64,000 nt of DNA from Felis catus. Taxonomy: Eukaryota. A program made the translations under genes and the position numbers. The notes below the pieces were generated by a model. That model worked only from the letters and a program-made list of their open reading frames with translations, was not told the origin of the DNA and did no database searches. Shown here one piece after another: positions 53,445 to 64,000 of this stretch. Each line of letters opens with the position of its first letter. Positions within the stretch are counted from its first letter, which is position 1. Location of the stretch: contig NC_058368.1 in assembly GCF_018350175.1 (NCBI RefSeq), forward strand, positions 224,504,001 through 224,568,000. Reading direction: 5' to 3'.

Positions 53445-54815
53445 GTACGATTTCTGGTTTCCCTTCCAACACACAGAAGTCTGAATGCAGCATTCCTGCC
53501 TTACCACAACAATGACAACAAAAGCCGGACAAACAGAAAAGCCATTATTTTCTTAGACCCACCCAAGAACAGAAGTTGCAGAGAAAATCACCTCCCTGAA
53601 ATCTAGAGAGAAGTTATTTCCAGGTGGACACAAGGACCTGAGCTTGGCTTACCTAATGCAGAAGTGACAGGATGCTGGGAGCCAGTCGGAACATTAGCGT
53701 AGAGATGTTCATGAACTTCTGGAAACCAAGTGTTCACAACCAGGATAGTCTTCTAGGGCAACAGTCGTACTCTTCCTTCTCCAGAGGCTTTCACAGGCTT
53801 TAACACCAGGTATTCTCAGCTTCTCAATGTGAAGAGCAAGGTTAACTGCTATGACTCCAACACAGGGATAGAAAGAGCCGCCATTGTGAAGGTCACCGAG
53901 ACCTTTCTTCCATGGACCTAGGGTTTAATTTAATCTCAGGAAGGTCATCATCAGAGGCCACCAAGAATGTCCCATTCTGGCTGGCACACAAGAAATACTA
54001 CCTTTCCAGCCACACTCCAGCCCTGTTCAGCCTTCTCGTCTCAATTAAAAGAAGAAGAAAGAACGTAAACACAGAGGAAAAGGCTCCAAGGACCCAGATG
54101 GAAAGAATCGAAATGCATGTGCCACAGCCAGGGAAGGAATCAGGTGGTGTGGCAGAAAATTTCTACTACTGAAGGAGGGACAGACACATTTGTGAAGGTC
54201 ACAACTCCAAGACACAAGGCTACCATGCACTCCAAAAAATGAGAACCAATAAAAAAATTAGAGATTAATTTCCCTTCCCCACGTCTTATGACCATGCCAA
54301 TAAGGCTTCAGAACAACAGTGAATTACAGCCAGAAGAGCAGTGACAGATAGACTAGATAGACTGTCTTGGCGGAGAAGCACAAAGGGGATCCCTAATGTC
54401 AAAAAGACAAAGAAACAAAGTCACTATAGATATTTGATGCCTTTGGAGACCATGGGCACAGCAAATAATCAGGGCAACCCATGCAGAGATTAATGTCAAT
54501 TCTCTTATGAAAGCACTATTGCCTTAGTATCTAGTACCCCATAGAACATGTCTGGCTCTCAACAACAGCAACCAAAATTACAAGGCATGTCAGAAGAACA
54601 TTTGGTAAAATTCAACTTCCATCCGTGATAAAACCACTAAAAATCTGGCAATGGAACCTAACCTTCTTAACACAAGAAAAGATGTGTCCCCCAAACCCTG
54701 CAGTTTACCTTATATTTAGTCGTGAGACATTGAGTTCTTTACTCTCAACATGAGAACCAAGACAGATATCTCCTTTGCCCCTCTAGTCCTACTCACCAAA
54801 ATGCTGAAAATCACT
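53445..54815 (+). mobile_element. Old L1M 5' UTR followed directly by an ORF2 RT fragment
   Basis: L1M 5'-end-like tttctggtttcc...ttttcttagacccacc...ctgaaatctagagag and catgtctggctctcaaca...aaaattacaaggcatg. From 54598, TFGKIQLPSVIK and RQISPLPL (cf. AFDKIQHPFMIK, RQGCPLSPL). Confidence 0.7.
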
Positions 54816-57800
54816 CACTGAGAATGTCATGCCTGGGGGCAAATTGGCCGGATTCTTTATGCCATGCCAGTAGAGTACCATTTAAAGGTTCACTTGATGA
54901 GGACTTTTTAACAAATACCTGATTGGTTGTATTCAACATTCATTCAAGAGACACTTGATATGTATCCACTAAATAACAGGGATTAAAATAAGCATGGGAA
55001 AGAGAAGAATGAGAACAGGTAATATTCGCTCAGTAGCCTATAACCAGTAGTTATTTTTGTCAGCACTTTTTTTTTTCCTTTAGCTCCTTCCATAAGGTCA
55101 TGTCACATTTGTAACCCAGTTGAGGACTTTGTCACAGGTTGTATTTCACCCCCGGATTCCCCAGACCTCCTAGTTGATTTTTTTTTTAATTTGCATAGGT
55201 TAAGTTTCACCTTTTGTGTTAGGAAGTTTGGGGGTTCAACAAAAGCATGGCATCGTGAATGTACCACATATATGTGTTACAGAATAATTAATCATTTTAC
55301 TTTAGGTCGTTAAGTATTACACATTCTAGATTCTCACCCGTCAAGCTTCACTACTGATACTGATGAAGTTTCCTACACTGTACTTCACTACAGTTTCTTC
55401 AAAGACAAGTCAAAGGCGATAATCCTTTGATAAACCTCAAAGCTGATGCTTTGAACTGAAGAGTCAGTGACTTGGAAATGGAGTTGTTATGTTTTCTTTC
55501 TAATCTCCTAACATTTTTATATCGATAATTTTTGAAATTTTATGTAACAACAAGCTAAGGGGCAAAATAAATAAACCAAATTTTATTCTTCACTTCAGGC
55601 AAACATGTAGATAGATGTTTGTTTCTGATATTGCTATTCTAATTGTAAAATTCTAATCAAAAGACAAATTAAAACTTTCACTCGACAACAATGGCTTCAT
55701 CCAGATTGTAAAATATTTCGTCTTCTTTGCCAGTGTTGATCACAAGCTTTGATTAGGTCTGCAGTGAAATTTGCATAACCATGGATACTGTGTTGAGTGA
55801 ATTCAGATAGATGGGTATGTGTTTTTGGCGAGGAAGTTTCTGTCATAAATCATAGGTTTTAGTCTGTAAAATAAATGCTGTTCTCATCAAGGTAAATACA
55901 AAAGCAGTTATATATAACATGTTCCTGTCTATAATCTTAAATCTTACATAAATATTTGAAGAAATGATTACTTTTCTATTGAATTTAATACCATGACAAG
56001 GGGTCAGGATTCCTTGGTGAAATTTAAGGACCACCTGCTGAAGAAGAAGGCAACAAAATGCAACACAAATATCAACCCCTTGGAGTTCAGAAGTCTATAG
56101 CTATCTTGTGTAAGGACTGTGTAGCTACCTTGTGTAAAGCTGAAAAGTAGCCTGACAATCATATCGAATCTTCTTATGGTTGTTGAACCAAATACAGACA
56201 CCGGGATTTTCCTTCATTAGTTCTATGAAAATTGTTTCCGACAGGTTAAGATTTAAAATCTTGGGATTTAGTTAACAAAATTCATCTCCGGATTAACTAT
56301 TTTAGAGAACCCGAATTTGTAGAAGAGTTGCATTATTTTTTTTACTCTTTAGAAAGGTCATGAAAAGCAGGAACAGCTTGATTATTTAGCTGCACCAAGT
56401 GGTTTTTCTGGGGCGAAAAAAAATGGAAGCTAAAGAAGGTAGTGTAAAGCACTATATCCAGGTAGTAATTCTCGAAGCTTCCAATTTTCTTTATGATTTC
56501 ACATGTTCATAGAATAAAAGCCAAGAGAAAAATCTTTTTTTAACTCTATTTTCATTTAAATGGAACCTTTTGAGATTAAACTTTAAAAAATTCTCAAGCA
56601 AAACTATGAAACATGGGACTCTTGGCTGTATTTTTTTTTCTTTAAAGTTATATAACTTATTGCAGACGGAACTTCATCATTTCCTCAAATGCTGGGAAAC
56701 TCATTTAACTATGTTGTATGTGAACTTGTCGACGGATTTGAGAAAAGCAATTTCAGATGTCAGAATGAGAAAGCACCAAGGGGGGGAAAACACAATCTTT
56801 TAAAATGCAATCTCTATGTTAAGATGCATTATTATTCCCTGTAATGTTACCCTTTGATGTACGTATAATTCCTAGGGTAGTCAATTAAAAGATTAAAAGA
56901 CCCTGTGGCCACATTATGAATTATAATTATTTGAGGAATCTGGTGCCCAGGTAGATAAATGGCCTGCAAAATAGTTTGAAAATAATGATGCTAGTACAGA
57001 AGGAACTCAAAGTATGTTTTTCTTTTTGAACTCAGCACTGTAACATAATTTCTTAAACACTTTGTCTTTCAATGTCAGCTCTTGGAGCCACAGGTTACTG
57101 ACTTTGAAAAATTTTTGGAGGATCTGTGCAGACAAGTATACTCATTCCTCTTTAAATTGCACCACAGATAAGAACGCTGGTCTGTGAAAACAATCGGCCC
57201 AGGGTTTAACACACACTCTTCTAGAAAAGTCTCAAGGTGCTGGCTCCTGCTCCCAAAATCAACTACAACCATTCGGATCTGACCCTTCTCGAATCTGATG
57301 GTATTTCTGTATTTTCCCCCTGTGGGCAGGCACATGAACGCAATTCACAGTCAGCGTACTCGCCAGTCTTTGAGGCTTATGAGCATTACTTCAGTCATCA
57401 AAGCCTTACCACACCAGCGGCTATCTCAGCCTTCTGGCAAACCCTAGCAGTCCCCCCAAAGCACTTCATTTGGAAGTTAGAGACACTTTCCCAGGTAAAA
57501 ATGAAGCCCTTTAAACCCAAAAATTCAATGGAGGAAATTCAATATTCTCTATCACAGATTCGCTGCACACCCTATACTAATTCACTAGGAGATGTTAAAC
57601 AATAGTCCTCCTAATACAAACTCGAATGATAGACACTACCAACAGCGAAAAAATTTGCTATAGAATAGGATACAGCACGTGTAATTAAATTTTATAGAAA
57701 TACGTGAAAGTATTTCAGGCTTAACATGGTATAGTACAAAGTATGCCCAGTTCTGTCCTATCCATTTATTCAACAAATATTTATTAAAACCTAGCTCATA

Positions 57801-58141
57801 AGGATTAAATCAGTCTTTGATATAGACTCTGAGATAATTTGCCAAATAATTCAAATTTGAAATAACTGTCTCTAAAATTATAATTTAGCCTTACCTTAAC
57901 TAATTTCATAGCAAGCATAATTTTATATATATTATTATATCAGAACTAAAATGATTAATTTTTATATTTTAGTTCAATTATATTTATTTTGACTTGATTT
58001 AAAACCTACATATACATATATCTCACATGTATGCTATAATACAGACAAAACATTTTCCCAATATCTCATTTAATATTTTATAGCCATATTAGACAATAGG
58101 AGTTAAAGGTTCTTAAGCTTTAATATTAATAAGAATGATAT

Positions 58142-58670
58142 GGGGATCACCTGAGTGGCTCAGTTGGCTAAACGCCGGACTCTTGATTTCTGCTCAGGTC
58201 ATGATCTTGGGTTCATAAGTTCAAGCTCCACATTAGGCTCTGTGCTGACAGGGTGGATCCTTCCCCAATATACATATTTTAAGTTCATTTATTTATTTTG
58301 AGAGGGAGAAGAGCACAGTGGGGAAGAGGAAGAAAGAGAGGGAGATATATATAGATATATAGATATATAGATATATAGATATATAGATATATAGATACAG
58401 ATATAGATACAGATACAGCTATATCTATAGCTATAGCTATAGATATAGATATGGGATTGGGCACCTGTGTGGCTCAGTCAGTTAAGCATATGACTCTTGG
58501 TTTCAGCTCAGGTCACGATTTCAGGGTTCGTGAGATTGAGCCCCCTGTTGGGCTCTGAGCTGCCGGGGGGAGCCTGCTTGGAATTCTCTCTCTCCCTCTC
58601 TCTGTGCCTCTCCTCTGCTCACAGTTGTGCTCTCATTCTCTCTCTCAAAATATATAAATAGCCTTAAAGA

Positions 58671-58704
<34 letters not shown>
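58142..58704 (+). mobile_element. Composite Can-SINE dimer with an internal inverted segment and (ATATAG)n
   Basis: Head (+) 58142-58262, SINE 3' half (-) 58263-58455, full SINE (+) 58459-58704. Outer TSD aataagaat(g/t)atatggg. Confidence 0.9.
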
Positions 58705-58709
<5 letters not shown>

Positions 58710-58900
58710 GAATTATATGGGACACATTCTTTTATATTTCAAATCTTTTAGATTTCAAATCTCCATCCATTGTAAAGTATCAGATTCAATAAGATTGTCT
58801 CAGAACTAGGAATTTGCCTTTTGACCAATATTCCATGTAGTTTTCATGAATAACTCAAGTTAACATCACTTAAGAAGCCATTGAGTTAGATGTCATTATT

Positions 58901-59107
58901 CTTGTTTTATTATTATTTTAGAAAGAGAGAGAGAGGAGAGGAGAGGGGTAGTGGGAGAGACAGAGAAAGAGAGAGGGAGAGAATCTTAAGCAGCCTCCAT
59001 GCTCAGTGGGGAGCCCAATTCAGGGCTCGATCCCACGACCCTGAGATCATGACCTGAACTGAAATCAAGAATCAGATGCTCAGCTTATTGAGCCAACCAG
59101 GACCCCC
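58901..59107 (-). mobile_element. Can-SINE (older subfamily)
   Basis: TSD tgtcattatt at 58891-58900 and 59112-59121. Confidence 0.92.
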
Positions 59108-61550
59108 TTTGTGTCATTATTTTGATTTCGCCGTGCTCAGTCAAGTTTCACCTAATGAATGAAACCTGTATCTTTCTGCTCCAAAGACCTTAGGCATTTA
59201 TATCACCCATACATAGAGCTGTTCTTTCAGTATTTTGTCAAAGTGGACTATATAAACTTTTTTTTTTTATTTCAATGACTAAATTCATGGATTCTTCTTA
59301 GAGAGGACAGTAATTATATAAGTTCCGATGCTTAAAGAGTATATATGTTTTATAATAATTTATAATAGAGCCAGGATATTACATCAGTAGTTAATGTCTG
59401 AATATTATGAAAACAGAAATAAAGGATTATGTATTCTATTTTTTGGGGGGTGGGAGTTGGTTCAATTGGATACACCTACAGACAACTGAGTCACTTTGCT
59501 AACAAGTCTCTGTTAACAGGAGCACTTCTCCTGCTTGAGTTCCTGACCCCCTGCAGAAGTTTCTTTCACTTCATTAGATACTATGACTAATGCTGATGAC
59601 TGGATTTCTGGCATATTTGGTGGCCTGGATGCACTTCTAAAGATACATACCAAAATCAGATAACCTGACCTTGTATGCTTTTAAAAATACAAACATAATA
59701 AATTTCTTGGAACTACAATTTATCTGGACAAGAAAATAAATACATGGTAGATAAATTCACATCCCATGAGACCAAGAGGCAAGAAAATGCTCCATAAACT
59801 TTCTTTTTCTCTCTCTGCCCTCCAGTTCAAAGTGGATGAACACTTCAAGGATATGGACACACAACGACCACAAATTCGTCTCCTGAGTCTCTAGCATTTT
59901 CTAAGGATCTGATAACTCAAAACCAACAGACACTGCCCACAATCATCTATTATTATTAATCTCTGTTGAAGAGTACACATAATATTAATTCCTTCTTTAT
60001 TGAAATGCAACTAGAAACATAAGATATGTAAAGTAATATTAAGTAAAAAAACATGTTAGAAGATAAAAGATTACTGATTATTATGTCTAATGTTGTCTTC
60101 TGATCTCTAAAATTCAATAAAATGGCTGAAAAATATTTATTCGTTCATTTAATAAACATAATATATACTGTATATGTATATTTTAAACACAGGTTGAATA
60201 GGTAATATAATAGATGAGTTTTTAGATTACATTTATGACAACCATTTATTTTTAATTAAACCCAAAGTTTGAATGTGGTCATCCCAAATATAAAAGAGTA
60301 TGTAGATGTACAAAGTCAAATGTTTTTACTAGCCTCAGTGATCTAAAACAACTCCCTCTGGATGACACTACTGTGTTTTTTTGTACATTACAGATATGTT
60401 TCCCTCTGGAAGAGGTAATTTCAGAAGTGACACTGGAGTGTTATAACTTTTCAAGTTTCGCCTTGTTTTGCTTTAGAGAAAAGGATATACAACTCAGTGC
60501 TATCCATCAGGTTTCAAATTTGCCCACCCCTCCCCCCACCCCATGAGTGATTAGTCATGAATGGACATGCCCCCAGAGATACAATGCTTTTCCTAAGTGC
60601 ACAGGAAACCCTGGGGTTTCCCAGTGTGTTCACAGAATAGAAAGTAACACCACCGAATCCCCTTCAGTCCAAAAGTATATGGCACGGAAGTAACTGACCA
60701 TTTCTCTCACTTATAAATTCTGTGGTCTTGGGGATCTGATCTTCGTTCTTTTCATCAACCGAATAGGCATAACTAAGTTGCCCAACTCAGCAAGTTTATA
60801 TGAAAAGCAAATATGAAAATGTATAAGGATCACACCAGTTTTTAAACAATTCCTTTATTATCAAATACATATCTTCACCGCATATCTCTTATGTCTATAT
60901 CTGTGCAAATATTATGGAGAGAGAAACTTCAAAAGTACTCTTTATACATAAACTTAGAGTTTGTGACTGTGGTAAAAAGAGCTCATTTTCTGTACTCTGG
61001 CTACATCCGTTTCAAAAGGACACATATCTGTACCATGAACTAAAGGAAGGTCTCACTGCCTCAAAGAGAGAACACAGCTCAGCACCGTCTTACCAGCTAC
61101 GTGGCAACAAGAGGTCAGGAGAGCCTGGCAGTCGCTACTCCATTGCCAGGACCAGATCAGTGCAGTATCCTGGGGACAGAGGAGTCGCGGACGAGAGAGA
61201 AAATCACATGCCTTAAATATTTTGTTTTCCTTGTTTTCCTTTACATTTTTCTTCTGCCTCCTGGAACACTCTTGGGAAATATTTGCATCCTTTTTTGGAG
61301 ACTATCCAAGTGAGAGCAGTTACAGAAAGTGTCTTCTGTTCAACATCAGCAATATAATATACACTTAAGCTACAATCAGCTAAAAGCCAGACAGAACAAA
61401 CACTTCATTTCATTTCTCATCATAGAGATAATAGTTTATAAATTGTTTTGTGTTCCTGAACTAGGGGTAAGAAACTTGAGAAATTTTTGCCAGTTTCTTT
61501 TATGGCACATAGAGTGCGCTAAGCAATGTCTTGACCTTATTGCTGACAAA

Positions 61551-61551
<1 letters not shown>

Positions 61552-61592
<41 letters not shown>
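61552..61592. repeat. (CA)n microsatellite
   Basis: About 20 uninterrupted units. Confidence 0.97.
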
Positions 61593-61594
<2 letters not shown>

Positions 61595-61752
61595 GATAAA
61601 ACAATAAGAATGGATTCTGCTACTTAATTATCTGGGAAACCGACTACCTTAAGTTAGTTAGTTAGTTGCTGTTTTTTAGTTATGCACATATACATACATA
61701 GTCAAGCATCTTAAATAGATGCATAGGACCGCATATTTTAAAATATATTTGG

Positions 61753-62033
61753 GGGGCGCCTGGATGCCTCAGTGAGTCAAGCACCCAACTTCAGCTCGGG
61801 TCATGATCTCATGGTTTGTGACTTTGAGCCCCGTATCGGGCTCTGTGCTGACAGCTAGAGCCTAGAGCCTGCTTCAGATTCTGTCTCCCTCTCTGCCCCT
61901 GCCCTGCTCATGTTCTCTCTCTCTCTCTCTCTCTCTCTCAAAAGTAAATAAGTGGGTGATGGGCATTGAGGAGGGCACCTTGTTTGACAATAAATTTCAT
62001 ATTAAATTTTTTAAATAAATAAACATACAAAAA
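61753..62033 (+). mobile_element. Can-SINE with a tiny L1 3' end inside its tail
   Basis: 15-bp TSD ttaaaatatatttgg at 61738-61752 and 62034-62048. 61951-62006 matches the L1 terminus at 63219-63306. Confidence 0.93.
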
Positions 62034-63145
62034 TTAAAATATATTTGGAGTTAAATAATTTCCATGAATTTATATTTTACTTCCAGCATTCTATTCTTGT
62101 TCTGTCAAGATAACATAGAATTTCAAAATTACACGATTGACGTAACTATCAAATTAATTTATTTTAAATGATGCTAAGCATTACTTTATATATTTTGGCT
62201 TCTAATATAACAAATTTAACCTACTTTTTAATGAAGTTAAATATTACAGTCAAATTCCAGTACATGTACTAATAATCTACAAAGGAGACAAAAGTATATA
62301 AAATTTTAGAAGTAAACATGAAGTAAAATTGGTCTCGGTGTGGCCAAGGGGAAGCTGAATGACTTGGAAAAATATTGCTTAAGAAGTAATTGCTGACAAA
62401 ATTGTGCCCCAGCAAAATCAGCATGATTATCATAATAGACATAAATTACCACCATATTATCCCATTTCTAACCAAAAACTACTTCCCGGCCTACCAGAGA
62501 AATTTATTTCAGTGTAATTTCACTTTGTATTTTATAAAAGATATCAATACATAAGAATCATTTACATTAATATATTTTAACATTACATCTCTGGAATATT
62601 GCATTTTGATAATTACCATTATTTTTTAACATTCTGGAGCTAATGTTTAAATCTTAAAATCTTATAAATGCTAGTATAAAATCTATGATTTCTGTACAAA
62701 ATTTCGATAGCACAGTGGGTAGCTTTTAAAGTGCGGTGAGGAAAGCTGAGCATTGCTTTTTGAATGCATATTTTATAACATAGCGGCATAGAAGTCATGA
62801 AGAGGAAAACCGTAAGTCTTATTGCATTTCTTGGCTCTCTTACTTCACTTGGAGGTGTTTGATATTTTCTGGCCAATCAAATGTGAAAGGATGTCACAAG
62901 GGAGATGGTCAAGATGGTTCACTATCTGACCCACCTTCCCTCTTGTCCCTTCCCGACACTGGCGAGTTTGGGGCCAGTTGTTGAGAGCGATTGTGTCAGG
63001 ATGGAAGGAGCCTTGAATCATGGGGTAAAGTTGCCCAGAAGAGATATCAGACAAAGAATATTTGCATTGGGCAGTAAATCATTTCAATTTAAACTCACCC
63101 TGTAGGAACTAGATAAAAAAAAATAAATAAATAAATAAAAAAGGA

Positions 63146-63311
63146 AGGAACCAAAACATAAGAGACTCTTAAAAACTGAGAACAAACTGAGGGTTGATGG
63201 GGGGTGGGAGGGAGGGAAAGTGGGTGATGGGCATGGAGGAGGGCACCTGTGGGGATGAGCACTGGGTGTTGTATGGAAACCAATTTGACAATAAGTTTCA
63301 TATTAAAAAAA
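63146..63311 (+). mobile_element. Very short feline LINE-1 3' end with polyA
   Basis: aaacataagagactcttaaaaactgagaacaaactgagggttgatggggg...tttgacaataagtttcatattaaaa. Flanks aaaaaagga on both sides. Confidence 0.93.
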
Positions 63312-63344
63312 AAAAAAGGAGAGAGAGACTAAAGCTAATAATAA

Positions 63345-63590
63345 TAAAGGAAGAAATCAGGTATTGAGAATGTCTTGACTGGGGAGCCATTTCATGAAGC
63401 ATTGGAAGGAATGTTCCCAAAAGTGAACGTGTGTTTCAATGTTGCTGAAAGTAAGAGGACTGGGATCACACGGAAGATACTCATTGACTGAGAGATGTAT
63501 GGAAACCTTAGATGATGGTGATTAAAGAATGGAGGTCACAGTGTAAAAAATAAAGTCTGAAAGGAATTTTCTGAAGGAAAAGGGCCATGG
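63345..63590 (-). mobile_element. LINE-2 remnant
   Basis: tcaatgttgctgaaagtaagaggactg...tcattgactgagagatgtatggaaacc resembles reverse L2. Confidence 0.55.
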
Positions 63591-64000
63591 CGTCAACTTG
63601 CTCTTTGCATAAACTTCTTGTTCTTAAACAGAATTTACAATATAAAGACATGTTCCTTTCTTATGACAAGAGCAGAGAAATAGTGAATATAGCCACGCGG
63701 CTTTCTTTAATACCAAACCTTTACATAGATAACAACAGAGAACAAGCCATCAGCTCTCCTCTCACCATGTAAGTTTGATGCATCAACCTGAGTCCGTACG
63801 ATAGTTTAACAGGAACTTGCCATATGTTAATACATATTCAATGCCATCTAAAAATACACCATATGAAAATGTACAAATAATACGTATCTCATTATCTTAA
63901 ATAATTATTTTTATTTAAAGGCTATTCTTCTATGTTCAGTGAAAGTTGCGACATCCAAATATTCTTAATATTAAAGCAATTGGAAATATCTATCTGTTGA

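Noticed and set aside
57075..57605. Overlapping 86-aa and 122-aa ORFs in unique DNA
   Set aside because: No recognisable homology or convincing splice signals, and the lengths are compatible with chance.
58345..58452. Regular repeats as a CRISPR-like array
   Set aside because: Simple microsatellite without unique spacers, in a mammalian context.

Overview
This is mammalian genomic DNA, very likely felid, because it carries about 25 carnivore tRNA-derived Can-SINEs including four young SINEC_Fc-type copies. It is AT-rich, CpG-poor and repeat-dense, so it is intergenic or deep intronic. I see no intact protein-coding gene, RNA gene or CpG island. The ORF track is explained by SINEs, microsatellites, LINE-1 remnants and chance. 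Contents: carnivore LINE-1 3' fragments, older L1M/L2/HAL1-like remnants, ERVL/MaLR solo LTRs (MER21-like, MLT1, MLT2, LTR16-like), a hAT Charlie1-type DNA transposon, and a heavily decayed class III (ERVL-type) pol fossil at ~22.9-24.0 kb. The most notable structures are that pol fossil, a ~195 bp micro-inversion in a SINE dimer at 58.1-58.7 kb, two near-identical inverted young SINE pairs, a candidate 76-nt minus-strand exon at 61.1 kb, and several internally deleted or nested L1 pieces. I found no convincing novel biological system. Subfamily names come from recalled consensus sequences and need Dfam/RepeatMasker confirmation; boundaries of old elements are approximate.
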